Assembly (NCBI RefSeq): GCF_009834535.1
Contig: NC_045697.1
Span: 117,616,001-117,680,000, forward strand
DNA length: 64,000 nt
Direction: 5' to 3'
Source of the DNA: Camelus ferus
Lineage: Eukaryota
Shown here: positions 26,446 to 40,767 of the stretch, piece after piece
Position numbering within the stretch: the first letter of the stretch is position 1
Layout of the letters: every line of letters starts with the position of its first letter
Translations under genes and position numbers: made by a program
The notes under the pieces: generated by a model
Databases searched by the model: none
Seen by the model: only the letters and a program-made list of their open reading frames with translations
What the model was told of the DNA's origin: nothing

Positions 26446-27839
26446 TAAAAAAGTTAGTTTCCTTTCTCTTTTACACACTTGAGAATCCAACCACAGAGTA
26501 CACTGGGCACTTCCGGAAAACACTTATCTAAGTTCTTCCTAAGTCCCTCGGTGATCAGGTTGGCTGGTCACTCAGCTCTAAAATTGAACGTTAACCACAT
26601 GTCCCTTTACACGCTCTGGGTACGAAGCGTGCAGCTGTGATTACTTCACAGAAATACCTATAAGGGATGTTGACAAATCAATCATGTATAAAAACAATCT
26701 GAAGAAGACTATGTAAAAAGAAACAGTTTGCAACGGGACCTCTAATCTAGACTCTGAGGAACAGTTAAAAGTAACTTAGTGAACTGACATCTACACTGAG
26801 ACATAAAGGATCGTGGAAGTTAGACAAGTTTGGTCTGAATTATGTCCTGCTGTGTGGTCTAAGGCGAGTTATTTAACCTAAGTCTCATATCCCCTGTCAA
26901 TAAAAATAGCCCCCAGTTATTTACAAGAATTCAATGAGGTGCTGTACCTAAAGAAAGCATGAAATCTGGTACAAAGAGAATACTCAAAAGAGATAACTGA
27001 TTTTATTATATGTATTATTAGTATTATTATCAATATATCTATTATCACCAGTTGGCAGTTTTTGTGCACTAGGCGTCAAGCACTATGCTCGCTGCTAGCC
27101 ATACAGAGAGCAGTGCAGCACAGAACTAGAAAACAAAGCTGAGATTTCTGGACTATTATTCAGATTTCAATGACTTAAGACACACTGACTACAAATGGTA
27201 AACTTGTTTTACAGACCAACAGAACGTCCACCTGCAATTACGTTCCAGGCTAAACTGAACGATGACAAATGCGGCTCAGTTAACAGTCAGTTGTGTTGTA
27301 CTATGTGAAGCGATCCTTCCGCCCTCCCTCCATCCGTTCATTCATTCAGTAGTTACGCCTCATGGGCTTCCTGTGTTCACAGGTCTGCACCACCAGTCTG
27401 AGTGGGATAAAAGCTTGAGGCCCAGACCCACGAGGAGTGATGATTAACTGAGAAATAACTGGTGAGGACTTCAAGGGTGATGATACTTGTTGAGAGAATA
27501 AATGATCATTTCAGACACTGGATGATATTTGTTGATAGAACAGTCACTTTAGACACCAGAAATTAGGAAAGGCTATAGAATGTGAATCTGAGGAAGTTCT
27601 TGAAGAGTGGGCAGCCTTTAAACAGGTGGTGATGGCAGGATAGATGGAAGCAAAAAGTCACTGTGTCTTAAGCATTTCATCAACAATACAAAGGAATCAC
27701 TAATTATCAAGCTACAGAAAACAGCTAAAATAATCAAGACCACCACTGAAGAAGCCAGAGCAAGAGACAGGTTTTGGAATGATCAGTGGAAAGGCAGGAG
27801 TTAAAATCAAGACAAGAAAATATACAGAGGACTTAAAAA

Positions 27840-28830
27840 AAGGAACAATAAGAAAACAAACCACCCAATTTAAAAAACTGAGTGTAAGATCTTAACTGAT
27901 ACCTCACCAGAGAAGACATACAGATGGAAAATAATAATTTAAAAAGATGCTCCACGTCATTTGATGTCAAGAAATTGCAAATTAATTAAAACAATGAGAC
28001 ATCACTACACGCCTATTACAATGGCCACAATCCAGAAACTGACAACATCAAAAGGATGTGAGAATGTGGAGCAACCGGAACTCTGACTCATGGCTGCTGG
28101 GAATCAAAATGCTACAGCTACTTTGGGAGGCAGTTTGGCAGCTTCTTACAAAACTAAACATACTCTTTACCATACTGCACTCCTTGATATTTACCCAGAA
28201 AGCTGAAAACCATGTCCACGCATAAACCTGCACATGGGGATTTACTGCATGTAGCTTTAGTCATAATTGCCAGAACCTGGAAGCAGCCAAGATATTCTTC
28301 AGTGGGTGACTGGGGAAATCAACTGTGGTCCATCAGACGCTGGAATATTATTCAGGGCTAAAAATAAATGAGCTATCAAGCCATGAAAAGACATGAAGGA
28401 ACCTTAATGCATATTATTAAGTGAGAGAAGCCCATCTGGAAAGGCTACACACTGTATGATTCCAAGTATATGACATTCTGGAAAAGACGGAACTATGGAG
28501 ACAGTAAAAGCTCAGTGGCTGCCAGGGGATGAGGGGAGAGAATAGAGCACATCGGGCCTTTAGAGCAGTGAAATTCTTCTGTTTGATACTATAATGGTGA
28601 ATACATGTCATCATATATTTGTTGAAACCCACCAAATATCTAACACCAAGAGCAAACAATAAGGTAAACTTTGGACTTTAGGTGGTGACGTGTCAGTGGG
28701 GAGTCCTGTATTGATGGTGGGGGAGGCTCTGCAGGTTTGGGGGTAAAGGGCTTATGGGAAATCTCCGTACTTTCACTTACTTTTGCTGTGAGCCCAAAAC
28801 TACTCTAAAAAATAAAGTCTACTTAAAACG
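27840..28830 (+). mobile_element. Old L1 (L1MB/L1MC-like) 3' end
   Basis: acctcaccagagaagacatacagatgg...gagctatcaagccatgaaaagacatg...aaataaagtct. Confidence 0.85.
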
Positions 28831-29344
28831 GGGAATGCAAAAAATACTGTAGACAAAATGAAAGGGAATAAATAAAAAGTTAAGAAAAATGCACTCAAAA
28901 TTTGGAGACAGGCAAAAAGATGGCTCGTTCAACACCACACTAAGCACTGCCTAACGGGCCCACCTAAGGGCTGTGTGGTTCTCTAGGAAAATGTAACTTT
29001 GTGTGACTTGACATTTTCTGGGGATTAGGGCCCAGACTCTGTATAATTATGTAACTTCAAGAAGATTGATAAATTACAAATGATTTTTGTCTGGGAGAGA
29101 TGCAAATGATTTCTGCCAGGCAGGAAAGATATTCCCAAAGATAAGCCTGTGTTGCCCTGTGGAACATTAACAACTGCATCTAATTTAGCAACTTAATTTC
29201 AGTGTTCTTTCACTCCAGCCTCCTGAATTCTCCACTGAATCAGTCCAACTATCTTGCCCGTTCCCTCATTAATGAGTTAAATAAATCACTGGCATGTCCT
29301 CACAATATGTATGTTTTTAACTTTTTAAAAAATTATGCTTTGTT

Positions 29345-29650
29345 CTCCAAAACTTAAATATAGAATTACCATATGACCCAGCAATTCCACTCCTAGAACT
29401 GCCCAAAAGAACTGAAAGGAAAAAGTACAATGCATATTTGCACACCCATTTTTCACAGCAGCCCTATTCACAGTAGTCAAAAGGTGGAAAGAACCCAAGT
29501 GTCCATCAACAGAGGAACAGATAAACAAAGTGTGGTATAGACATATACCCTGTGGAATATTAGTCAGCCATAAAAAGGAATGACATTCTGATACATGTTA
29601 CAACATGAATGAACCTTGAAAACATTATCCCCAGAAATCAAGACGAAGAA
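29345..29650 (+). mobile_element. L1 ORF2 C-terminal fragment
   Basis: gaattaccatatgacccagcaattccactcctag...tgtccatcaacaga. Confidence 0.85.
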
Positions 29651-31760
29651 GAGTCTGTCCAGTATTACAACTTGTAGAAGGAACACAGGGAAAATATAAC
29701 AACCCAGGGAAGGACAAGCATTTAAAGGGCTGGCTAGAAGTCTGAGGAAAAAACAAAAAAAAAAACACACGCAACCCTGAGAATGTGATTTCACCAGAGT
29801 CCAAAGCTTTAGGATGGCCACCAGCACCAAGTGCCATTGAAGGTCAAGTCCAATCAAACTAGCACTTTCAGCAAATGAGGAAGCCACTGAGGATTTCAGC
29901 AAAAACACTTCTGGTAGAGTGGCACATCAGAAGTAAGATGGCAGAGGATTAAGATGTGAACAGAGGACAGTGTTTCCTACCTACAAGATGGAGAGAATAG
30001 TAATACAGCCACAAGACGGGGTTTTTATAAGGAGTAAATGAGGATATGTTAACAAGGTACATGAACTTCTTCTGGGCTTATTAAGCGCTGAACAAGTATT
30101 TTGTCTTATTAGAAGAATATACTTTATCCAGTTACTCTTTTATAATGTTGGTAATTATGATGAATAGGATTTTGCTTCCAAAAAAAAGAAATCCTGCCCA
30201 TAGTGTAATTCATTGGGTTTGGTCTCTTCTGTGCAGATCGACCTATAATGATCCTCAACAGTAATCCAGTTCTAGGTCACAAATCTTGATGCTAAAGTAG
30301 GTTTTCTGAGCACCTCCTGAACATGCCTTGTTTTCAGCGGCACTGGTGTAAGCTCAATATACCATAAGCTTTGAGTCTCCACCGGAATCTTTTTCTAAAT
30401 TTTATTTTTCAGTAGAACTCCAGAGTTGTATTCCATGAATATCGCCGAAAAACTGGGAATGGCTTACTGCACTGTATCATTCTTGGTCATTATGTATTAT
30501 CTTGTTACGGAAGTGCTTCCAAGATGCTTTTCTATTAGCTATGTAGCTGTATACTGTTATGTTCAATACAAGTTACAGCCCGCTTGTACATCTTTAAGAC
30601 TGTTTAAAAATTTTTACAATTTAAATTAATCGCTTTGGCTCAACATTCATTAAAAGATAAAAGCTTATTAGTGAGCATGCTTTGGTTAATATTTTATGAT
30701 CATTTCTAAATAATTGCCAGTTATTGGCATTTCAAATGCTTTATATTAAGATAACCAACTTTGAAATCTATTTGTTTTCACTTTAAATGATTCAATCACT
30801 ATAATTACAGCTCTAGCATTTATTTCACAAAGAACAAATTCCCATCAGAACAGACTTCTTTTATCAGTGGGAAATTTCAATTGTTTTTAAAGAACTTGGT
30901 GACAAATACTACCATTGTCCATTCCAAACAGCCCACTAATAGTCACATCTGGAAAATGGACGTCCTCCAACATTTTCAGCACCAATTAACACTCAAATTA
31001 AACTACTCCTTCAAGGCAATAAAACATTTCACAAGAAGATATTAGAACTTGTTAGTCTCATTAATGATGTTTTAATATTAAGAACTGTTTATTTATATTT
31101 TGTGCCTTCTAACTACTTGTAATTTTTACCTAACTCTCACATATGCAATCTTTACTCATTTGTTTCCTTTACATTATGACTTTTTAAATGGCATTCAAGG
31201 AAATAAAGAAGATCAGTTCTCATAGCATCTGTCAGGATTATAATTAAAGTTCTGTCAATAGAGCTGTTATATGCCTGATTTGAAAGGATATAAATTTAGT
31301 CCTTAGTGAGGTTAGAAGTGTCATGTAAGAACTGCAAGTTAACAAAATGTCAGTGAAAATCCTTAGGTTATATTTTTTCTACTTTTCTCAATATGCCATA
31401 TTTAAATGGTTTCAGTTAAATATTAATAACATGTTATGAATATTCAAATTTTCCTAGACCTATGCCTGTATTCCATTTTGATTAGGGGTGCCTGCGAGGG
31501 GGATGCAATGATGCCACACCAAACAATAAACTCCACAAGAGCAGCAGTCCACTGGACTGGATAGAAACAAAGTGCCCTGACATGCTTCTGTTAAACATAG
31601 CAGTGAAGAAATCATTTCTATGACATTTTGACAGGTTAGGCTGTTTGTCTAGCATTATTTACACCATTAATTCAATTTTCTCTAGCAATCGATAATGACA
31701 AATTACTGGAAGGTGGAAATAAAACTGGGACAGTTCTCATCCTCATCCCACTGTCTAACA

Positions 31761-31975
31761 CAGTTGACCCTTGAGCAATGCAGGGGGTTAGCAGTGCCGA
31801 CCTACGGTGCCATCAGAAGTCAGCGTGTAACTTTCTTGTCGGCCCCTCCATCCATGGAGTCAGCCAACCAACTACCGATCATGTAGTATGCAGAGCATAT
31901 ACGGTATCAGAGTGAAAAAGTCCGCACAAAAGTGGACCTGTGTGCTTCAAACTCGTGTTGTTCAGGGGTCAGCTG
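31761..31975. mobile_element. Tigger-family MITE (MER8/Tigger2-like)
   Basis: TIRs cagttgacccttgagcaa / ttgttcaggggtcagctg, followed by TA. Confidence 0.85.
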
Positions 31976-32423
31976 TACAAGACTCGTTACAATGTCTAAC
32001 CACCAATGTTTCCGAATAGTCTAGCTAGGAGATATAGGGCAAAGAGGAAAGAATCCATGATGAACTATATTATTCTTCATCTTATTTTTATGGATTATAT
32101 TATTCTTCATTCATATATTATTCTTCTAGATCCATTAAAAAGGAACTCTGACAGAGAGACAGAAATATAGCATACTTTAACTACTAAAAAACATAGCTTC
32201 TCTTTCAAACAACGTCCTTATGACTGACTTTCATGAGTGAGAATTTTTAGTAATGATTGAACAAAAAACTACTGGTTATTTTTGGCATCTCCATCTATGG
32301 AAAAAGCAATATATATAATCAGGTAACCTGCCAGCAGCATTTGGGAGAAAGTCATATGTAATCAGATCATCCTCCAACAGAATTTAGGAGAAAAAAAATT
32401 GTTAACTACTGTTCATCAGTGTG

Positions 32424-32884
32424 TGTATCAGTTCCCTCATGCTGCTTTAACAAAATTAGCAAAAACTTAGGGAATTCAAGAACATGGCAAATTATCACCT
32501 TATGGGTCTGGAGCTCAGAACATCAAAATCAGACTTCCTGGGCTGAAGCCAAGGTGTCCCCAGGGCAGGTTGCCTCTGGAGGCTCTGAGGAGAGTCCCAG
32601 TTCCTTGCTTTTCCCAGCATCTCGAGGCCACCTGTATTCCTGGACCAGGTGTCAATCCCACTTCACGTTGTTTTCATCACACCCACTGCTACTGACACAG
32701 TCCTCCCCCTCCCTCTCCAAGGAGCCTTGTGATTACACTGGGACCCCTCGGATAGCCAGGACACTCCCCTCCTCCAAGAGCCCTAATCACATATGCAGGG
32801 TGTTTCACTGTGTAAAGTAACACTCACAGGTTCCAGGGATTAGGCCACAGTCATATCTGCGCGACAACTATTTAGCCTACCCCA
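32424..32884 (-). mobile_element. MaLR LTR (MLT1-like)
   Basis: gctgctttaacaaa...caaggtgtc...ctctggaggctct...gtaacactcacaggttccagggattagg motifs. Confidence 0.8.
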
Positions 32885-34789
32885 GGGTGCAACCCCTGAC
32901 AATGAGTGATATGAGAAAAAATAAACATAATGCCATTTTAAGGTTTGTGTCTATGAGTTGAAAAATAGAAAAAAAAAACTGGGACAAGCATGTCTGATAT
33001 TATTCTATAATAAATGAAACAATTCTGGAATGTTAATAACAAAAGCAACAAAAATAAAGAATAGTAAACTATGACAAGCTGTTAGGAAAGAAATTGAAAT
33101 TAATATATAGAAGGAAATATATAGAATAAGATTGTTTTAAAACAACAAAGATGAGTAATTGCTACAAACTAGAATTAAACGCTTTTGGCTAATCCCAAAT
33201 ACGATCTTTTTTTTTTTTTTTCTTGACAGACTGCACTGCTCAAAAAGATTTGAAGTCTATTATGAAAACAAACAAAAAGTCACACACCAGGAAGTCGCAA
33301 AAAGTTTGGCAGGATCATGAATTGTAGTGTATTAATAATTCAATGTAATTACAAAGCATGCCTACACCAAAGAAAGACAATGGCTTGTATAAGCAGGCTT
33401 CTATTTCCATGGAAGAGCTCCTATGTATTTCTGATGCAGTAAAATGCCTGCATATAGATTATTACAATAGACTGCAACACCCAATTTTCCCCCACAAGTG
33501 CAACAGTTCATATTTTCTATTATATAAATCCCACTGATTTAAGCCAAAGTTAAGAATTAAATGGAAAAAAAAACAAAAAATACTTTAAGCATAAATGTAG
33601 AGCAGATGCCACCCAGCAACTAACAAATTATTTTTCTCACTGTTCAGATTACTCTTATCACCAGTGTCACAAACAGGAGCACGTTAACTGGCACGATGAG
33701 AAGTGACTGTTGTAGCAACTTCAAATTAGGACGCTTACGTTTAGTTGATAATTTGGGTGATGCGGCCATTAATGCCAGTAAATATCACTTACAGTATTAA
33801 TAGTGATACCGTATGGAAACGTAAGGCAGCAGAATGCAAATGAACACACAGGTATAGAAACAGCAACCACAAAGCTAGAAACTGAGATCATCACACAAGC
33901 GCAGGACCATGGACGGGCAGGAGAGCTTGCGGAGTTACTAAGACAGCTGTGGTTTTCCTTCCACTACACAATTATGGCTTGTGAATAAATGTGAGATTCC
34001 TTTGAATTTAGTCATCAATAGCACCAGAATTAAGAAACAAAGAAGCCGGAAGGAAGGAATGTTTTCCAAACAGAGCTGGCTAAAATTTCCCTACAGCAAT
34101 GTTAATGACTATCACCTTGATTGCTTCTTGTTTGATAATCAACTTTATATCCTGGAGGAAAGGGCTGCCCTCCTCCTTCTGAAGCTGTCCACATCTGTCT
34201 ACCATCTGGCTTGCAGCGACTCACATCCATCCACCCCCAAGCTCGGTCTCCTAACATCATGCCTTCTGGGACAAGCAACTGCCCCTTGAGAAAGTAGAAA
34301 GATCTGAGCTGGACAGGAAAGCACTGGGAATACTGAAACTTCCAAGTTTTAGGGCTTTCTTCATGTTAGCAGGTCTTTGTCAGGGAGATTTCTAAGGGGC
34401 TATTAATAAACAAAACCACAACCGTATAGTGGGGCTACGAATAAACATTAATGGTTCATTTTCTTTAGCATTTTCTTCAGGATGAGATTGTACTGTGAAA
34501 TATTACATTAATTTGCAATTGCATGTCAACCAAATAGTCACCATCTCTGAGAGTTACTGTGCCAGGCAAAATACTGTTGCTTTAATTCTGTCATTTTTTT
34601 CACTCTTTTTAAGGGTATAACAAACACATCAAGTAAGCTTGTCTGATATCACAACTCACACGCTGTCCACATCATACTGTTTAAATGAACATATATCCTA
34701 CATTTAGACAAATCTAATGCTCTCTGCTTTTCCAGCCTCTTGTTTTGGGAGGCCTTCTTGTTTTCTTTTGCTTTTGAGAAATATGCTCT

Positions 34790-35610
34790 CTGGCTATTAT
34801 CAAAGAGACACAAGGTAACAAATTCTGGGAAAACTGTGGAGAAAAGGGAATCACTGTACACTGTTAGTGGAAACGCAAACTGACACAGCTATGGTGAAAA
34901 ACAGCACAGAGATTCCTCAAGAAATTTAAAACAGAACTCCATTTCATCCAGCAACCCAGCCTCTGGGAATATATCCAAAGGAAACGAGATCTAGAGGAGA
35001 TGTCTGAACTTCCATGTTCACTGCAGCATTATTCACAATAGCCAAAACAGGAACCAATTTAAGTGCCCATCAGTGGATGAATGGATGAAGAAAATGTGGT
35101 ATATATATATGTACAGTGGAATATTATTCAGCCTTAAAAAAGACAAAAATACTATCATTTGCAACAATATGGATGAACCAGGAGAGCATTATGCTACATA
35201 AAATAAACCAGACAAAGACCAATATTCAGAGTATCACTTATATGTTGAATCTTAAAAAATAAAAAGTCTAATCCACAGAATCAGAGAGTAGGAAAGTGAT
35301 TGCCAGGGACTTGGTGGGGGGCGGAGAATGGGGAGAGTTTGATAACAGGTACAAACTTCCAGTTGCAAGATGAAGGTCTCAGGTTCTCATGTATTACACG
35401 GTGACTCTAGCTGATAATATATTGTTTAACTGAAATTTGCTAAGAGAGTAGAACTTAAATGTTCTCATCACAAAAAAAAAAAAAAAGATAAACATGAGGT
35501 GATGGACATGTTAATTAACTTCATGGGAGAAATCCTATCAAATCATCACATACACTTTAAATAGCTTACAATTTCCTTTGTCAATTACACCTCAATAAAG
35601 CTAAAATAAA
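34790..35610 (+). mobile_element. L1MA-like 3' end
   Basis: tgtggagaaaagggaa...cagcattattcacaatagcc...tgaaatttgctaagagagtaga...ctcaataaagct. Confidence 0.9.
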
Positions 35611-36530
35611 AATAATCAAGTGGGTGAATGGAAGAACAAAGAAGGAAATACCGTCTCATAATAAAACTCCTATCCACACACGTATACCTGTTTAGTTACC
35701 TTCCTGAGTCATCACTAACATTCCTGACCCGTGTTTCACAGGTAACGGGGAAAAAGTTCTGTCTTAGATACATTCTTTTTTCCCTTAGAAGACATCTTAA
35801 TGTTATCTCTTACACCTACGATAGCTTGTACCGTTCCCAACTATTAAGCACCAAGTTATTAGGGAATTTGTGTTTGGAAAGACAGAGCAAATCTATAAAA
35901 TATGACAGCCTCAAAAGACACACCTATAAACTCTGTCTCATAGGGATGTATGAAATTAGCATTGCCAAAGCAAAATATAGTAATTATGATAAAGTAGATT
36001 ATTTCATCTATTTGATGAATATGGCTCCGATTCTGAAACTTCAGGCTGTATCTGCATAACACAGACTGAAAGGCAGGTTATTCATCAAAAGAAATCACAA
36101 GTATCATTAATTTGGCTCCTCCGCATAAAGGTCTCTAAAACTGACAAAATAAACATTCTACAATAATAACATTATTTACTCTGTTATTTAACCAAATAAA
36201 CGGTCCACATGAGTCTGTTGTCTAAATTTCCTCTGCCAATTTTCTTACAGCTAGCTTGACTCACTTTTCGCTGGGAAAACAGCAGAATTTATTTGTTCAT
36301 TTGTTTAATCAGTATCAGTTAATAGTGTTCACTAATTGAGGACCTACTGTCTTCTGTACTTTATGGAAAATGAAGAAGAAGGATACATTATTCCTGACTT
36401 TGAGAGGTTTACAGTCCATCAGAGAATAAAAGGAAGACACACAAAGTTAGTTTAGTTACAGTAAAGAAGCCATCAGATTTAACCAACAAATGACAGAGAC
36501 GAAAGGCCTGGACTGGAAAGAGGGTACAGA

Positions 36531-36668
36531 GGGGAGGGTATAGCTCAAATGGCAAAGCATGTGCTTAGCATGCACGAGGTCCCGCGTTCAATCCCCAGTA
36601 CCTCCTCTAAAAAATATAAATAAATAAGTAAATTTGATTAACCCCCTCCCAAAAAATAAAAATAAAAT
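36531..36668 (+). mobile_element. tRNA-derived SINE (Vic-1-like)
   Basis: ggggagggtatagctcaaatgg...gttcaatccccagtacctcc. 15-bp TSD gaaagagggYacaga at 36516-36530 and 36669-36683. Confidence 0.92.
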
Positions 36669-38351
36669 GAAAGAGGGCACAGAGTGAGTCAGAGGAGCAC
36701 AAAGAAGTGAAAGACTGATTCGAGGATAAGAGATGCAGATAGGAAGTTAAGTAGCGGAGGCAGAAACTCTGCTGAAAACTGGTCGAATCCAGTCCCAGCA
36801 CTGGGTGCTTTGGGCGCCCTACCGTGAAGAGTGCACAGAACAGGAGAAGATTATGAGGAAAGTTATGGAATATTTCATTAGAATCCTCAAATAAACTGTA
36901 AGGAAATTCTTACTCTGTTCCTAACATTCCATCAAGTAACTACTGATGGGAGAGAAGTGTAGTGTCTGATATTTGGAAGCTATTCAGTATTTATTAGAGA
37001 ACAGACACATTAATGATACTTACAGAGTGAGACACATGTGTAGCCTTTATGAAAGTGAGAAAACAAATCCTTGCATTCGTTGTCCTAAAATGCAAGATAG
37101 AGTCGAGGATGTTTCCGACCGGCTGTAACAGCTTGATTGTGGTGCTTTAGGGTTAGTGGGGTGGCGTCATGGAGGATAAAACAGGGTGCAGAGAAGAGTA
37201 TGGAGACGAAGCAGATCCCCTTAAAGTCTCACCTTCAGAAACTGACATCCCTCACTCCTGTTCAGTGAAGTACTTAGACAGACAAATCAGATTCTCAATT
37301 AGTGAGTGCCACCCTTGTCTCCTGAGTGCCACGTGGTCATCTATATTTTATTTCAGACCTGCCTTTTAGTGATGTATACTATACTAGACATACAGTCATT
37401 CAGGTGAACTAAAACGTCACTGCAAGTGAATTTTGGACTTGATTTCAAATTTAAAAAACAGTATTCTCTTAAAAAATCAATTATTCAGGTGCTAAATAAA
37501 TGCTTCTATAAAAAACAAACAACAATCCCATCACAATTAGATATAAAAATAGGAGTCATAATTTAAATGCAAGATATGATTGCTTTTATTACACACTATG
37601 CTGCTACTAGGAATAAAGGAATAAATATTTAAAACCATTCTTTCTCTAGTCTGAGATAGTCCCCAATAAACTATACTGTGCTCAAACCATTACTATTAGA
37701 CTTTCAATCCAAACTGTATATTATTGCTTAAGAAAAATATAAAAAAAAAAAACTTTAAAAATATAAAAAAAAAAAAAAAAGAAAGAAAGAAAACCCTTAA
37801 GCCTTCTTTCAGCCACCTGAAGTATCATTCAAGCACGTGGCTTTTCAAAAAGGGTACAAATCTAATATTCTAAACACTATTATGCCAAGCAGACTTTACT
37901 GAATGTCTTTTGACAAGTGGAGGGGTAATCACATCACACATCGCTCAGGAAATCTACTCATCATGTTTCCCAGACGGGACTCTTCTTTGCCCCTAAAGCC
38001 CAACTCATCATGGACAGCCCCTCCTCCGCAAGCCTCTCTTTTCTGTTCCTTTCAAGGCAAGAGCCTGACAGTCCCTCCCTCCGGCTCCTCTTGGCCTTTC
38101 CTGGCCCTTTCTCCCTGTTACATAATCTTTTCAGGATGCTCCGCAGCCCTAATTTAGGAAAATCAAACTTGATTTTTCACAATTCTCTACTCTACACATC
38201 ACAAAATTATCACAACAGAGGAAGCAAAGATTCTTCTGAGGAAACTGGAAGGAAAAGAACTATGAACACTCAAATATTTTTAAATGCTCATACACATACG
38301 CATATTAGGAAAAAATATTGCTCCGAATATTCATTGCCTAAATCCTTTTCT

Positions 38352-38520
38352 GGGTAGAGGGTGTAGCTCAAGAGGTAGAGTGCATGCTTAGCATGCACGC
38401 ACAAGGTCCTGGGTTCAATCCCCAGTGCTGCTTTCAAAAATAAAATCTAATTACCTCCCCCTCCAATAAAACCTAAAAATATATAAAGTCACCTAGAAAT
38501 GTAAAGAAAAAGATACTTCA
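38352..38520 (+). mobile_element. tRNA-derived SINE (Vic-1-like), ~280 bp downstream of exon 4
   Basis: gtagctcaagaggtagag...ggttcaatccccagt, flanked by the TSD-like repeats ctaaatccttttc / ctaagtccttttc. Confidence 0.85.
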
Positions 38521-38800
38521 CTAAGTCCTTTTCCCAGGTGGTATCCAATCAGCTGTACAGAGTGAGTATGTTAATTCTCCCAAGTCTGGAAGTTTTAATG
38601 AAGTATTAAGACTAAATTTGAATTGCAAAATCGCGAAGGCATTGAAAACACTGATTTAACAAAAGCCTGAAATTTGGTTACTAGGAGAAAATATGCATTT
38701 TTCCTTAGAGTTACTACTTATTTTTCAGTTTTAAGTTTCTTCCACTATCCTATAGTTAAAATTCTGACACTTAAAAATGTTAAATTAATTGCAGTCTTAC

Positions 38801-38868
38801 CATTGTTGTTTCTTGAATAGATCCAAAACTGTTGATAAAAATGTTGACTACAACATCAACAGGGATGC
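38801..38868 (-). CDS. GLRB: GLRB exon 4 (68 bp): [23 protein letters not shown]
   Basis: Acceptor ttttatcgctag|GC and donor ATG|gtaaga. Translated by hand; too short for the ORF track. Confidence 0.97.
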
Positions 38869-39230
38869 CTAGCGATAAAAAAAAATTAAGGATGTATTTA
38901 GTAGCTGTAAAAAATCTGCTCAGAATCTTTAGATTTTTATATTTTTTTCCAATCCACATGGGTGTAAAATTATAAACTTATGGATTCAGTGTACCATGTT
39001 CATAAATTGCTATTAACTTATTTTTCTAAATAGGGATCAATATACAAATGAAAAATGAGTTATGTTGTATGTTACAGTGTTATTTATTCAGCAATACTTC
39101 TCTCTTAAATTGTAGACTCTGGAAAAATATATGTACGTTTAAAGGTTTTTATTTTAATTGGGCTGATGAATTTACTTTCAGAAATTGCAAATTATTCTTT
39201 TAAAAAACGTCATTTAAAAAATCCTTTTTT

Positions 39231-39419
39231 AGAATAGATAAACAAGATTATCCTGTATAGCACAGGGAAATATATACAAGATCTTATGGTAGCTCACAGA
39301 GAAAGGAATGTGACAATGAATATATATGTGTTCATGTATAATTGAAAAATTGTGCTCTACACTGGAATTTGACACAACATTGTAAAATGATTATAAATCA
39401 ATAAAAAATGTTAAAAAAA
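39231..39419 (+). mobile_element. Young L1 3' UTR fragment
   Basis: Near-identical to the 3' ends at 47700-47880 and 62750-62930; TSD aaaaatcctttt on both sides. Confidence 0.9.
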
Positions 39420-40660
39420 TCCTTTTCTGCATGTTTATAATCATTTTAAATTTTTATTTTCAAAAGTAAAGCAGTATTTAATAAACTTACTTACAATTAC
39501 TGTTTTGATTCTTAATTCACGAAAATGCAAAGCTAATCAGAGAGACAGCAGAATCATTATAAAGATTTTTGCCTGACCTGTTGGAAAATAATTTTAAAGG
39601 AACTAAGGTATAATGTTGCAAATTTCTCTCCTGATTTTTTTTTTTCTTACTCATTGTGGGCTGCTGGTTGTCTAACAAAGGGAAAACATGAATTTAGCCT
39701 TTTAGCCACATAACCTCTGACTGATGGAAAACAGGTGTTGGATCAATACATGGGAGACACGTGACAACCCCACCGCGACACTATTGAAAGTAACTGGGTA
39801 GGTTTCGGAAGAAACAAAAACTCTGCTTTTACAACACAGTTGTAAACCTCAGTTGACTAGAAGCAGCTGCAGTCATTTCTTTTTCTTTTTTATTCTATAA
39901 AGTAAAACATGTTATTCTGATCTATATCAATACCTGTCCTTTAATGTCTATTAATACCAGCAGCAAAGCTTACAGTTTTCCAGAGATATTCTCATATAGT
40001 TTTTCCTAACTCATCAAGAGAAAGAAAGGAAGAAAGAAAGAAATGCAGGGAGGAAGGAAGGATGGAAGGAAGGAACTATACAGTCCTCCTATGACTTACT
40101 GTAAGTACAGTTTTGGTTCTTCTAAGGTGTCATAAGTGGTAATAGCTTGTTGAAAATATAGTCACTTTTATTCACAAAGTGTTTTAAAAACCATGTGGCC
40201 ATCTTTTTTCAGCTAGAGAGTACAAGGAATTTTTTAATCAATGTGCAAAGCTAACAGAAAGTAAAAAAAGAATCTAAATGCATATTTCTCTATCCTCAAA
40301 TGAGTATCTGGCCATTCTCCTACAAAGTACAACTTTGCTGTCCGTGAATGAAAGCCAGAGCCTAAATTTTAAATTATTAAGGTTAAGAATACAAAGTACT
40401 TAGAAAACTCATCACATAGGTTAGCCTATTAATTCACAATACACCTTTTGTTTAAAATGAGAACTGCATAAAACTATTAGATAATATTTTGCTTATCTTT
40501 CAACATTTTTGGCATTAAGTTGCTAAGTACATTACAGGACAGTTATATGTCAATTTAAAATATTACTATTTTGAATATTACAAATAAATGATTTTATATA
40601 GATAAAATCAGTTTTCAAACTGCAAAGAATGAAGATATCCAGGGGGTGGAGAAAACAAAC

Positions 40661-40767
40661 CTTTGAAATTTGGTCTTATTCGGGGATCATAACTGACCAA
40701 TAGCCTATTCAAGATATTGCTGGTGGAGTTGGCAGGCACTCGGGCTAGGTCCTCTGCTGACTGCTGG
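40661..40767 (-). CDS. GLRB: GLRB exon 3 (107 bp): [35 protein letters not shown]
   Basis: Acceptor ttttctcttacag|CCAG and donor AAAG|gtttgt. Starts in phase 2, ends in phase 1. Contains an N-S-T sequon. Confidence 0.97.

Noticed and set aside
36531..36605. tRNA gene calls for the tRNA-like heads
   Set aside because: Diverged copies with A-rich tails and TSDs are SINEs, not tRNA genes.
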